Notes: generated from the letters alone by a model not told the origin. 64,000 nt of DNA from Actinomycetota bacterium (GCA_009886115.1 VFJJ01000023.1:1342-65341), one strand, 5' to 3'. Positions 18,901-28,526 are shown, counted from the first letter of the stretch. Numbers and translations are program-made.

Positions 18901-18946
18901 GTTTCCGTCGTCACAGGTTCCGTCGTCACAGGTTCCGTCGTCACAG
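18901..18946. repeat. 15-bp direct repeat x3 (GTTCCGTCGTCACAG), intergenic
   Basis: gtttccgtcgtcacag gttccgtcgtcacag gttccgtcgtcacag, read directly. Sits between the iscA-like stop and the D-aminoacylase start. Confidence 0.9.
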
Positions 18947-18971
18947 CGCGTTGGCCGGGAGGAAGACCGCG

Positions 18972-20687
18972 ATGCACGATCTCGTGATCCGCAACGGCCG
19001 CATCGTCGACGGGACGGGCGCCGCGGCGTTCGCCGGCGACGTCGCTGTTACCGACGGACGCATCACCGAGGTGGCCACTCACATCGACGGCTTGGCCCGC
19101 CGCCAGATCGACGCCGACGGCAGACTCGTCACGCCGGGCGTCGTCGACATCCACACCCACTACGACGGCCAGGTCGTCTGGGACCCCGACGTCACCCCGT
19201 CGTGCTGGCACGGCGTCACCACCGTGGTCACCGGGAACTGCTCGGTCGGCTTCGCTCCGTGCGCGCCCGAGATGCGCGACACCCTCATCGAGATGATGGA
19301 GAGTGTCGAGGACATCCCGGCCAGCGCCCTGCGAGCCGGGATGGAATGGTCGTGGGAGAGCTTCCCCGAGTACCTCGACGCCCTCGCCCGAACCCCGCGC
19401 ACGCTCGACGTCGGCACGCAGATCCCCCATGCACCGGTGCGCATGCACGTGATGGGCGAGCGGGGCATCCGCAACGAGCCGGCCACGCCGGCCGACATCG
19501 CGGCCATGGCCGCGCTGGTGCGTGAGGCCATCGCGGCCGGGGCGCTCGGGTTCTCGACGTCTCGGACCATGCTGCACCACAGCCGAGATGGCGTCCCCAT
19601 CCCCGGGACCTACGCAGCCGAGGACGAGCTGTTCGGCATCGGCGAGATGCTGCGCGACCTCGGTCGGGGTCTCTACGAGGTCGTGCCCTCCGGAGTTGCC
19701 GGCGAGGATCTCGACGGTCCCGCCCGCGAGGTGGAGTGGATGGCCCGCCTGGCTGCCCACATCGGTCGTCCGGTCTGTTTCTTGCTCACGCAGAACAACG
19801 GCCGTCCCGAGGCGTGGCGAGAATGCGCCGACGCCGCGGCGGCGGCGCAGGCGCGGGGCGACCAGCTCGTCCTGCAGGTGGCGGGAAGGCCGTCCGGGCT
19901 GCTGTTCGGGCTCGGGACCACGTACCACCCGCTCGACGACCGTCCGAGCTTCAAGGCCCTGGCTGAGCTCCCGATCGACGTGCAGGGCGCTCGACTGCGC
20001 GACCCGGCAGTACGGGCCGCGATCCTGGCCGAGGAGCAGACTTACGACGACCCCTACCGGGCGTTCCTGCGCACGCACTGGGAGCGCATGTTCCCCTTCG
20101 GCGATCCCATCGACTACGAGCCCGGTCCCGAGCAGTCGATCGCCGGGCTCGCCGCCGCCGCCGGAGTCAGCCCCGCGGCGCTGCTCGTCGACCTGATGGC
20201 CGCCGATCCGTCGATGCTGTTCATGGCCCACATCATCAACTACGCCCACGGCGATGCCGAGACGGTGCGAGAGATGCTCACGCACCCCGGCACCACGCTC
20301 GGGCTCTCCGACGGCGGCGCGCACGTGGCGATCATCTGCGACGCGTCGATCCCCACGACGATGCTCACGCACTGGGCACGCGACCGCAGCCGGGGCGAGA
20401 GGTTGCCGCTCGAGTTCGTCGTCAAGCGCCAGACGAGCGACACGGCCCGGCTCTACGGCCTCCACGACCGCGGCGTCATCGCCCCTGGGCGTCTCGCCGA
20501 CCTCAACGTCATCGACTTCGAGCGGCTGGCGGTGCGTCGACCCGAGCTGGTCTGGGACCTGCCCGGTGGCGGCAAGCGTCTCGTGCAGAGGGCCGACGGT
20601 TACGTGGCCACCGTCAAGTCAGGAGAGGTGACCGTCGAGCACGACGAGCTCACCGGAGCCCGTCCGGGACGCGTCGTCCGCGGCTGA
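18972..20687 (+). CDS. D-aminoacylase / N-acyl-D-amino-acid deacylase family amidohydrolase
   Basis: MHDLVIRNGRIVDGTG...PGVVDIHTHYDGQ metal-binding motif. GGGAGGAAG Shine-Dalgarno upstream of the ATG at 18972. Confidence 0.8.
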   Translation: MHDLVIRNGRIVDGTGAAAFAGDVAVTDGRITEVATHIDGLARRQIDADGRLVTPGVVDIHTHYDGQVVWDPDVTPSCWHGVTTVVTGNCSVGFAPCAPEMRDTLIEMMESVEDIPASALRAGMEWSWESFPEYLDALARTPRTLDVGTQIPHAPVRMHVMGERGIRNEPATPADIAAMAALVREAIAAGALGFSTSRTMLHHSRDGVPIPGTYAAEDELFGIGEMLRDLGRGLYEVVPSGVAGEDLDGPAREVEWMARLAAHIGRPVCFLLTQNNGRPEAWRECADAAAAAQARGDQLVLQVAGRPSGLLFGLGTTYHPLDDRPSFKALAELPIDVQGARLRDPAVRAAILAEEQTYDDPYRAFLRTHWERMFPFGDPIDYEPGPEQSIAGLAAAAGVSPAALLVDLMAADPSMLFMAHIINYAHGDAETVREMLTHPGTTLGLSDGGAHVAIICDASIPTTMLTHWARDRSRGERLPLEFVVKRQTSDTARLYGLHDRGVIAPGRLADLNVIDFERLAVRRPELVWDLPGGGKRLVQRADGYVATVKSGEVTVEHDELTGARPGRVVRG

Positions 20688-20691
20688 TTCG

Positions 20692-21750
20692 TCATCCGGT
20701 CGCGGTGGCTGCGGTCTGGGCGATCACGTCACGAATGTCGGCCTGGTCGAAGATGCCGTCCATGCGCACGATGATCGTGCCTGCGGGGTCGATGCCGAAC
20801 AGCCACGGGTCGCTCGGCAGGCCCCAGGCGTCGACGGTCGAGACGATGTCGTTGCTCGTGAGGTTCTGGTAGATCTCGACGTGCACGAAGTCGACGGTGT
20901 CGGCGGCCGAGGCCATCTCGGCCAGCAGCAGCTCGAGCGTCGGGCCGCACACCCGGGTCGAGCACCGGGCAGGCGTCGAGAACATCACCACGAGGGGGCG
21001 TCCCTGACCGACCAGATCAGCCAACGAGTTCTCGTGGAGGTCGCAGATCTCGGGGAGGCGCGTGCAGATCGGGTCGGCGCCCAGCGGCACGGCGAGCGTC
21101 GGTGACGCCGCCTTCGGAGCCGGCGCGCCCGGCTGGACCACCAACCCCTCGGCCTTCACGACGAGCGGGGCCACCGCGTAGCGGCCGTCGGCCTCGACCC
21201 AGATCCACCACGGGTTGGCGTCGGGCCCGGGCTGGTCGAAGTCGAGCATGGCCACGAACGCGCCGTCGGTGGCCAAGCCGTCGTCGTCGCCCTCCGAAAG
21301 CCCCTCGCCGTGAAAGGTCGCCGGCGTGAAGCTGGTGGGGAACGGGATGAGCGCGCCCCCCTCGCCGATGGGGGCCACGGCCGCGACGGTGACGCTCGTG
21401 GGCCGGATCGGCGCCCCCGTGACCTGGTCGATGATCACGAACGGAAGCCGCTGCGCCGTGCTGGCGACGACGTCGCTGGCGTAGAACCCCATCGAGATCG
21501 GAAGCTCGGAGAACTCGTCGAGGGCCAAGCCGTCGGTCACGACCGGCTGCTCTGGCGCCACTGCAGGCGACGTCGTTTCGGCTGAGGATCCTCCGCCTGC
21601 GGCGGTGTCGGGAGCATCGGTCGCCGACGGCACCGCCGCATCGTCGTCGTCGCCGCAGCTGGCCAGGACAGAAGCTGCCCCGGCGACCGCGGTGGTGCCG
21701 GCGACGACCATGAGGAACCTGCGCCGCGACAACGGGTGGTCTGAGGCCAT
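20692..21750 (-). CDS. Tat-signal lipoprotein with C-terminal thioredoxin/redoxin-like domain
   Basis: SRRRFLMVVAG twin-arginine motif and LASCG lipobox. C-terminal GRPLVVMFSTPARCSTRVCGP is redoxin-like. ATG at 21750. Confidence 0.55.
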   Translation of the reverse strand: MASDHPLSRRRFLMVVAGTTAVAGAASVLASCGDDDDAAVPSATDAPDTAAGGGSSAETTSPAVAPEQPVVTDGLALDEFSELPISMGFYASDVVASTAQRLPFVIIDQVTGAPIRPTSVTVAAVAPIGEGGALIPFPTSFTPATFHGEGLSEGDDDGLATDGAFVAMLDFDQPGPDANPWWIWVEADGRYAVAPLVVKAEGLVVQPGAPAPKAASPTLAVPLGADPICTRLPEICDLHENSLADLVGQGRPLVVMFSTPARCSTRVCGPTLELLLAEMASAADTVDFVHVEIYQNLTSNDIVSTVDAWGLPSDPWLFGIDPAGTIIVRMDGIFDQADIRDVIAQTAATATG

Positions 21751-21769
21751 GCCCCTATCCTGACGCGTT

Positions 21770-23560
21770 GTGCCCGGTGAGTTGGTAGCAGCCCAGTTCG
21801 CCTGCAACGGCTCGCAGGTCGAGGTCGACGTGTTCCCCGGCACGTCGCTGCTCGAGGTGCTTCGCGAGCACCTCGGGATCACCTCGGCCAAGGACGGATG
21901 CGCCCCGCAAGGGCAGTGCGGCTGCTGCACGGTGCTCGTCGACGGCGACGCCCGGGTGGCGTGCGTGACCCCGATCGAGCGTGTCAGCGGCCGATCGGTC
22001 ACCACGGTGGAGGGCCTCTCCGAAGCGGAGCGGGCCGCGTTCGGCGCCGCGTTCTGCGAGACCGGCGCGTCCCAGTGCGGCTTTTGCACCCCCGGCATCG
22101 TGATGCGCGGCGCCGCGCTCGCCCGGGCCGGTCGGCTGACTCGGGTCGACCTCGACAAGGCCCTCGCCGCCCACCTCTGCCGGTGCACCGGATGGCTCTC
22201 GATCTACGAGGCGATCGGCCTCGCCGCCGAGCGCCTTCGCGCCGATTCTGCCACCGAATCGGCGCGGAAATCGGGCACCGAATCCGCAGATTCTGCCACC
22301 GAATCGGCGCGGAGCCAGCGTGTCGGAGCAGCCCACCGGGCATTTCTGGAGGGTGGGGTCGCCCAGCGCGTCGACACCGAGGTGCCGCTCGGCGAAGGCG
22401 GTTTCGCCGACGACGCTGCTCCCCGAGACGCGCTCGTCGCTCTCCCGCTGCCGCCCGGGAGAGCAAACGACGGAGCCGTCGAAGCCGCTGGTATGCGCTG
22501 GGTGATCGGCGCGTCACTCGGCGAGGCTCGACGCCTCACCGGCAAGGTCCAGGGGCGACGGGCGACGCACGATCCCGGCCCGCCGATCGAGGCCCCGCCA
22601 CTGCCCGAAGGCGTCGTGGGCGTGCGCCTCCAGACGAGCTGGATGGAGCCGGCCTACCTCGAGCCGGATGCGTCCTGGTGCCCTCCAGGGGTGACGCCCG
22701 CCACACCGCTGGCCAACGGCGGCGCGTTCGGCGGGAAGTCCGAGTCGCGAGCGCCGCAGGCCGCCCGCGAGCTGGCAGACCGGCTCGGCCACCCTGTCCG
22801 GGTGCTCTACAGCCGCGAAGACGTCGTCCGGCTGGGCCCGAAGCGCCCGCCCATCGGCGCAGCGGCCTGGATCGACACGACACCCGAGCATCCGGCCGGT
22901 GTCGTCCGCCTCCACCTGCGGATCCCCACCGGCACCAGCGTGGCGTTCGCGGGGCCCGGTGACGGCGGGCACGGCGGTGACGGCGGTGGCCAGTCGATCG
23001 TCATCGAGGAGGTCGCGATCGCCGGGCCGCCCACCTCCGCCCGGATGCGGGGCTTCGGCTGGGTCGAGCGGGCCGTGCTCGGTGAGGCGGCATGGGCCGA
23101 GGCCGGCGTGGCCCGTCCCGACCTCCCCATCCAGGCGCCGTCGGGTGCACGGGCCGGGGCCGAGGTGATGCTCGACGGCCTCACCGGACGCCTCGAGTCG
23201 GTCGTGGTGCGGGTCTCGGCAGGCGATCCCCTCGACTCCGTCGTCCTGCGCTCCTACGTGCTCGGCGCAGTCCATCAGGCACTGGGCTGGGTGTTGACCG
23301 AGCGCATCGGGGTCGACCCCCTCACCGGCGAGGTCCACGACCTCACGATCAGGTCGTTCGCGATCCTCAGGGCCCGCCACATGCCTCGGGTGCACATCGA
23401 GATCGTCGACGGCGACGGACCGCCTCGAGCCCAGTCCTCTGACGCCGTCTTCGCAGCCGTCGCCGCAGCGTGCTGGAATGCGCTCGCCGTCGCCGAAGAC
23501 GTCCGACCCGCGACCTTTCCGGCCTCCGGTACCCGAGCCGCGCTCGCCCTGCGACGCTGA
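21770..23560 (+). CDS. fused [2Fe-2S] (CoxS-like) and compact molybdopterin-hydroxylase-like protein
   Basis: N-terminal GCAPQGQCGCCTV...CGFCTPG...CRCTGW clusters. C-terminal part has GGAFGGK and LGHPVRVLYSREDVV, as in XDH/CODH large subunits, but is only about 400 aa. Confidence 0.65.
   Translation: MPGELVAAQFACNGSQVEVDVFPGTSLLEVLREHLGITSAKDGCAPQGQCGCCTVLVDGDARVACVTPIERVSGRSVTTVEGLSEAERAAFGAAFCETGASQCGFCTPGIVMRGAALARAGRLTRVDLDKALAAHLCRCTGWLSIYEAIGLAAERLRADSATESARKSGTESADSATESARSQRVGAAHRAFLEGGVAQRVDTEVPLGEGGFADDAAPRDALVALPLPPGRANDGAVEAAGMRWVIGASLGEARRLTGKVQGRRATHDPGPPIEAPPLPEGVVGVRLQTSWMEPAYLEPDASWCPPGVTPATPLANGGAFGGKSESRAPQAARELADRLGHPVRVLYSREDVVRLGPKRPPIGAAAWIDTTPEHPAGVVRLHLRIPTGTSVAFAGPGDGGHGGDGGGQSIVIEEVAIAGPPTSARMRGFGWVERAVLGEAAWAEAGVARPDLPIQAPSGARAGAEVMLDGLTGRLESVVVRVSAGDPLDSVVLRSYVLGAVHQALGWVLTERIGVDPLTGEVHDLTIRSFAILRARHMPRVHIEIVDGDGPPRAQSSDAVFAAVAAACWNALAVAEDVRPATFPASGTRAALALRR
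22244..22313 (+). repeat. 25-bp direct repeat x2, 45 bp apart, in frame in the linker of the 2Fe-2S/Mo protein
   Basis: gattctgccaccgaatcggcgcgga at 22244 and at 22289. Encodes ADSATESAR twice. Confidence 0.9.
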
Positions 23561-23679
23561 CGGCGCCCGCACCGCACCGCGCCGCCCCGCTGCGAGCGAC
23601 CCCGCCCGAATCCGACGACCCGTCCCCCGTCCGAGTCCCAACCCGCCCCGCCCGTCCCTCTCCCAGACCAGGAGCCCCC

Positions 23680-24066
23680 ATGCCCGTCCAACCGCTGTCG
23701 ACACCATCAGCCCCGCCCGCCGTCGGCCCGTACTCCCCGGCGGTCCGGGCCGGCGACTGGATCACGTGCTCAGGGCAGATCCCCCTCGATCCGTCCACCG
23801 GCGAGCTCGTGGCTGGCGGGATCGAGGAACAGACCACCCAGGCCGTCGCCAACTGCGCCGCCGTGCTGCGCGACGTCGGAGCCGAGCCGAGCGACGTGGC
23901 CAAGACCACGGTCTTCCTCACCGACATGGCGAACTTCCCCGCCATGAACCCCATCTACGGGAGCCTGTTCGGCGACCACAAGCCGGCCCGCTCGACCGTG
24001 GCCGTGCTCGCGCTCCCCAAGGGCGCGCTCGTCGAGATCGAGATGCTGGTCTACAAGCCGGTGTGA
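23680..24066 (+). CDS. ridA: RidA/YjgF/L-PSP family enamine/imine deaminase
   Basis: PPAVGPYSPAVRAGDWITCSGQIPLDP...ARSTVAVLALPKGALVEIE. AGGAG Shine-Dalgarno upstream. Confidence 0.9.
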   Translation: MPVQPLSTPSAPPAVGPYSPAVRAGDWITCSGQIPLDPSTGELVAGGIEEQTTQAVANCAAVLRDVGAEPSDVAKTTVFLTDMANFPAMNPIYGSLFGDHKPARSTVAVLALPKGALVEIEMLVYKPV

Positions 24067-24206
24067 TCGGCCCCGCAGCCACGTGATCCCTGCTCGACGC
24101 CAAGAGTTCCTCTGTACGTCACCGCGTATTCACCCGAAAGGGCCCAGGCGCTGGCTTCGATGCGCGACCATGCTCAACTCAGCCCGACGAGCGGAGGTCG
24201 ACGTCA

Positions 24207-24569
24207 ATGAAAGTTCGCGGTCTGTTCAACAACGCGCAGAAGGTTCTCCAGATCCCGGCCGGAACGCTCATCTTCGAGGAGGGCGACGAACGCGACTTCA
24301 TGTACGGGATCATCGAAGGGACCGTCGAGCTGCATCAATCGGGAGCACTCCTCGCGACGGTCGGGCCCGACGAGGTGTTCGGGGAGATGGCCATGATCGA
24401 CAAGCTGCCTCGCACGGCGACGGCCGTCGCCGTGACCGACTGTGTCCTCGCAGCCATCGACGAACGCATGTTCCTCCTGCTCATCCACGAGACCCCGATG
24501 TTCGCGATCCAGGTGATGTCGACGCTCGCGAGCAAGCTCCGGGCCAGCACCACCAGGGGTCACGTCTGA
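24207..24569 (+). CDS. stand-alone cyclic-nucleotide-binding (CAP effector) domain protein
   Basis: FEEGDERDFMYGIIEGTVEL...FGEMAMIDKLPRTATAVA is typical of a cNMP-binding beta-roll. At 120 aa there is no HTH domain. Confidence 0.8.
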   Translation: MKVRGLFNNAQKVLQIPAGTLIFEEGDERDFMYGIIEGTVELHQSGALLATVGPDEVFGEMAMIDKLPRTATAVAVTDCVLAAIDERMFLLLIHETPMFAIQVMSTLASKLRASTTRGHV

Positions 24570-24595
24570 CCGGACCGTCGGGCTAGCCTCGCCGC

Positions 24596-24757
24596 ATGGC
24601 AGGCGCGATCGTCATCATCGTCCTCATGGTCCTGGTGGCCCCCATGGCGATCTTCGCCGGGGGTCTCGTGTGGAGCGCCCTCTTGGGCATGACGCTCAAG
24701 ACCGACGCCGAGGTCCGTTACGAAGGCACCGAGGAGCTCACCAAGAAGCTCTGGTAG
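24596..24757 (+). CDS. possible 53-aa small membrane protein
   Basis: Below the ORF-track size cutoff. Hand translation MAGAIVIIVLMVLVAPMAIFAGGLVWSALLGMTLKTDAEVRYEGTEELTKKLW, ending in TAG. One to two hydrophobic helices and good GC3. Confidence 0.4.
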   Translation: MAGAIVIIVLMVLVAPMAIFAGGLVWSALLGMTLKTDAEVRYEGTEELTKKLW

Positions 24758-24790
24758 CCCGAGCCGCGCAGCACACCGCAATCGGCAAAC

Positions 24791-25483
24791 TCAGGGCTCG
24801 CGACTCCAGCGACTCTGACCGAAGCGGTAGCCCACCGAGCGGACGGTCTGGATCATGTTGGCGTGCACCTCGCCCAGCTTGGCCCGCAGCCGCCGCACGT
24901 GGACGTCGACCGTCCGGGCTCCCCCGTAGTACTCGTAGCCCCACACCCGCGAGAGCAACGTCTCGCGGGTGAACACCTTGCCCGGGTTGGTGGCGAAGAA
25001 CTTCAGCAGCTCGTACTCCATGTACGTGAGGTCGAGCGGCTTGTTGCCCATGTACGCCTGGTAGGTCTCGAGGTTGAGGACGAGCTCGCCGTACTCGATG
25101 ATCTCGGGGCGGGCCTGGCGTCCGGATCGCCGGAACTGGTGGCGCAGCCGAGCCTCGAGCTCGACGGGGTGGAACGGGCTCAGGCAGAAGTCGTCGAAGA
25201 GGTCCTCGCGCAACTCCAGCTCGGCGAGCTGGGTCCCGGACACGAGCAGCAGCACGGGTACCAGGTTGGCGTCGCGCTTGCGCAGCGCCCGGCACATCCC
25301 GAACGCGCCTTCACTGTCGGCATCGGCACACACCACCGCTCCCACCCAGCCGTCGGAGGGCTCGGCCTGCATGGCGATGCTGACGTTGCCGGCGGCCTTC
25401 CACGGATAGCCCGCAAGATCGAGCGTCTGGGCCACCATCGGCGGTGGCGGATCGGGGTACACCAACAAGACATCGGCGGTCAT
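24791..25483 (-). CDS. glnR: GlnR-type orphan OmpR-family response regulator (global nitrogen regulator)
   Basis: The C-terminal winged helix LDLTYMEYELLKFFATNPGKVFTRETLLSRVWGYEYYGGARTVDVHVRRLRAKLG is very close to actinobacterial GlnR. The receiver is atypical: no acidic pair, and SPF replaces KPF. Lies immediately downstream of glnA2. Confidence 0.75.
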   Translation of the reverse strand: MTADVLLVYPDPPPPMVAQTLDLAGYPWKAAGNVSIAMQAEPSDGWVGAVVCADADSEGAFGMCRALRKRDANLVPVLLLVSGTQLAELELREDLFDDFCLSPFHPVELEARLRHQFRRSGRQARPEIIEYGELVLNLETYQAYMGNKPLDLTYMEYELLKFFATNPGKVFTRETLLSRVWGYEYYGGARTVDVHVRRLRAKLGEVHANMIQTVRSVGYRFGQSRWSREP

Positions 25484-25502
25484 GGTTTGCCTGACCCTCG
25501 AC

Positions 25503-26831
25503 CTAGAGGACTTCGAGATAGCGGTCGAGCTCGAAGGGTGTGACGTACGACTTGTACTCGTCCCACTCCTTGCGCTTGTTGCGGATGAAGTACTCGAACA
25601 CGTGCTCGCCCAGGCTCTCGGCGACGAGCTCCGAGCGCTCCATGGCATCGACGGCCACGATGAGGGAGTCGGGAAGCGACTCGATCCCGTCGGCGAGTCG
25701 CTCCTCGGGGGTCATCTCGTAGATGTTGTTGGTGGCCTCCGGCGGGAGCTCGTACCCCTGCTCGATCCCCTTCAGACCCGCAGCCAACATCAGGCTGAAC
25801 GCCAGGTACGGATTGCACGCCGGATCGGGCGACCGGTACTCGATGCGGGTCGACGATCCCTTGCCCTTCTTCGTGATCGGCACCCGAACCAGCGACGACC
25901 GGTTGTTGCGAGCCCAGCAGATGTAGACGGGCGCCTCGTAGCCGACGATCAAACGCTTGTAGGAGTTGACCCATTGGTTCGTGACCGCCGTGATCTCGCG
26001 GGCGTGGCGCAACAGCCCGGAGAGGAACTGACGGCCGACCTTCGACAGACCCACCGGATCGCCCTCGTCGTGGAACGCGTTCACGTCGCCCTCGAACAGC
26101 GAGAGGTGCGTGTGCATCCCCGAGCCGTTCACGCCGGTGATGGGCTTGGGCATGAACGTGGCGTGGACCCCGAGCTCCTGGGCCACCTCCTTGACCACGA
26201 GGCGGAACGTCATGATGTTGTCGGCCATCGACAGGGCGTCGGAGTATCGAAGGTCGATCTCCTGTTGGCTCGGCGCGATCTCGTGGTGGCTGTACTTCAC
26301 CGGGATTCCCATGGCCTCGAGGGTCATGATCGTCCGGCGGCGCAACTCCGACGCCAGGTCGGCGGGCGTGAGGTCGAAGAAGCCCGCCCGGTCGAGGGGC
26401 TCGGGCGGGGCCGTGGCGTTCTTGAAGTAGAAGAACTCCATGTCGGGCCCGACGTGGAACGTGAAGCCCATGTCGTGGGCCTTCTCGAGGTTGCGCTTGA
26501 GCACGTAGCGGGGATCGCCGGGGAACGGCTCACCCGAGAGCAGGCTGATGTCGCAGAAGATCGCAGCCACGGGGGCGTCGCCGCCGCGCCAGGGCAGGAG
26601 CTCGAACGTGGCCGGGTCGGGCTGGGCCAGCATGTCGGATTCCTGGATGCGGCTGTAGCCTTCGATGGCCGAACCGTCGAAGGTGAGCCCCTCCTCCAGC
26701 GCCGTCTCGAGCTCGGACGCCGGGATGGCCACCGACTTGGAGAATCCCAGGACGTCGGTGAACCAGAGGCGGACGAACCGCACACCCCGCTCCTCGACCG
26801 TGCGCATGACGTACTCGTGTTGACGATCCAT
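25503..26831 (-). CDS. glnA2: glutamine synthetase GlnA2-type
   Basis: MDRQHEYVMRTVEERGVRFVRLWFTDVLGF... is collinear with mycobacterial GlnA2 as I recall it. Confidence 0.9.
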   Translation of the reverse strand: MDRQHEYVMRTVEERGVRFVRLWFTDVLGFSKSVAIPASELETALEEGLTFDGSAIEGYSRIQESDMLAQPDPATFELLPWRGGDAPVAAIFCDISLLSGEPFPGDPRYVLKRNLEKAHDMGFTFHVGPDMEFFYFKNATAPPEPLDRAGFFDLTPADLASELRRRTIMTLEAMGIPVKYSHHEIAPSQQEIDLRYSDALSMADNIMTFRLVVKEVAQELGVHATFMPKPITGVNGSGMHTHLSLFEGDVNAFHDEGDPVGLSKVGRQFLSGLLRHAREITAVTNQWVNSYKRLIVGYEAPVYICWARNNRSSLVRVPITKKGKGSSTRIEYRSPDPACNPYLAFSLMLAAGLKGIEQGYELPPEATNNIYEMTPEERLADGIESLPDSLIVAVDAMERSELVAESLGEHVFEYFIRNKRKEWDEYKSYVTPFELDRYLEVL

Positions 26832-26861
26832 CCCCCGAGTGTGCCATCACCAGGACCATCC

Positions 26862-26931
26862 GTGAACGGTCGGGGCTTCGTCCGGGCGTGCCGTTCACAC
26901 AGCGTTCACACTCGGGAAAAAGAGGCGAAAC
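26862..26931. promoter_or_regulatory. cluster of GlnR-box-like half sites in the glnA2/glnA1 divergent region
   Basis: GTGAAC (26862), GTTCAC (26893), GTTCAC (26904), GAAAAA (26915), GAAAC (26927). Resembles the gTnAc-n6-GaAAc architecture reported for GlnR boxes. GTGAACGG/CCGTTCAC also form an 8-bp inverted repeat. Confidence 0.4.
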
Positions 26932-27054
26932 CGCCACCGGCGAGATTCACCGGCGTCCGCTCCGCCGATCCGTCTGCCTTCCGAGCATCCTCGTAGGCTC
27001 ATCGGCTTCCACCAGCGGTTTTCCCGAGGCCCATTCACAAACGGAGGATTTCCC

Positions 27055-28491
27055 GTGCAGAAGCGAACTCCTGCAGAGGTCGTCAAGCTGATCAAGGACC
27101 AGGGAGTGGAGTTCGTCGACTTCCGGTTCCCCGACCTCCCGGGCCTCATGCAGCACGTGACGTTCCCGTCGCAGCGTCTCGAAGAGTCGACCTTCGTCGA
27201 CGGCTTCGCGTTCGACGGCTCGTCGATCCGTGGGTTCCAGCAGATCCAAGAATCCGACATGTTGTTCGTGCCCGACGCCAACGCCGCCGTGATCGACCCG
27301 TTCATGGCCCGCAAGACGCTCATCGTGAACTGCTTCATCCAGGACCCGGTCACCGGCGAGGCCTACAGCCGCGACCCCCGCCACATCGCCGCCAAGGCCG
27401 AGGCCTACCTGAAGAGCACCGGCATCGGCGACACCGCGTACTTCGGTCCCGAGCCCGAGTTCTTCATCTTCGACAAGGCGGTCTTCGGCCAGGGCCCGAA
27501 CTACGCCTCGTACGAGGTCGACTCGATCGAGGGTCAGTGGAACTCGTTGCGCCACAACGAGCTCGACGGCTCGCCGAACCTGGCGTACAAGCCCCGCATG
27601 AAGGGTGGCTACTTCCCGGTACCGCCCATGGACCACTTCCAGGACCTGCGTTCGGAGATGGCCGCGCAGCTCCAGGCATCGGGCATCATCGTCGAGTTGC
27701 ACCACCACGAGGTGGCAACTGGCGGCCAGTCCGAGATCGGCACCCAGTTCTCGACCCTGCTCGACATGGCCGACAACCTGATGCTGTTCAAGTACATCAT
27801 CAAGAACGTGGCCCTCAAGGCCGGCAAGACCGTGACGTTCATGCCCAAGCCGCTGTTCCAGGACAACGGCTCCGGCATGCACTGCCACCAGTCGCTCTGG
27901 AAGGGTGGCGAGAACCTCTTCTACAGCGAGAGCGGCTACGCCGGCCTCTCCGACCTCGCCCGGTGGTACATCGGCGGGATCCTGGCCCACGCCCCCGCCG
28001 TGCTGGCCTTCGCAGCCCCCACGATGAACTCCTACAAGCGTCTCGTGCCCGGCTACGAGGCGCCGGTGAACCTCGTGTATTCGCAGCGCAACCGTTCGGC
28101 GTCGGTGCGGATCCCGCTTGGGTCCAAGTCGCCCAAGGCCAAGCGGATCGAGTTTCGCTGCCCCGACCCGTCGGCCAACCCTTACCTGGCGTTCTCGGCC
28201 ATGCTGATGGCCGGCATCGACGGCATCCAGAACCGGATCGAGCCGCCGGCACCCGTCGACAAGGACCTCTACGACCTTCCCCCCGAGGAGATGGCGTCGA
28301 TCCCCCAGGTTCCCGGCTCGCTCCAGGAGGCCCTGGCCGCACTCGAAGCCGACGGCGACTTCCTCCGTGCCGGCGGGGTGTTCACCGACGACGTGATCGA
28401 CACGTGGCTGTCGTTCAAGCGCGAGAACGAGGTCGACGCCGTCCGCCTGCGTCCCCACCCCTACGAGTTCGTCCTCTACTACGACATCTAG
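27055..28491 (+). CDS. glnA: glutamine synthetase type I (GlnA1), adenylylatable
   Basis: 478 aa, collinear with GSI-beta enzymes. Adenylylation-site context [16 protein letters not shown] Shine-Dalgarno before the GTG at 27055. Confidence 0.92.
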   Translation: MQKRTPAEVVKLIKDQGVEFVDFRFPDLPGLMQHVTFPSQRLEESTFVDGFAFDGSSIRGFQQIQESDMLFVPDANAAVIDPFMARKTLIVNCFIQDPVTGEAYSRDPRHIAAKAEAYLKSTGIGDTAYFGPEPEFFIFDKAVFGQGPNYASYEVDSIEGQWNSLRHNELDGSPNLAYKPRMKGGYFPVPPMDHFQDLRSEMAAQLQASGIIVELHHHEVATGGQSEIGTQFSTLLDMADNLMLFKYIIKNVALKAGKTVTFMPKPLFQDNGSGMHCHQSLWKGGENLFYSESGYAGLSDLARWYIGGILAHAPAVLAFAAPTMNSYKRLVPGYEAPVNLVYSQRNRSASVRIPLGSKSPKAKRIEFRCPDPSANPYLAFSAMLMAGIDGIQNRIEPPAPVDKDLYDLPPEEMASIPQVPGSLQEALAALEADGDFLRAGGVFTDDVIDTWLSFKRENEVDAVRLRPHPYEFVLYYDI

Positions 28492-28526
28492 AGGTCAGCA
28501 CCCGAGTCGCTCAAGTTCCCAGGTCG

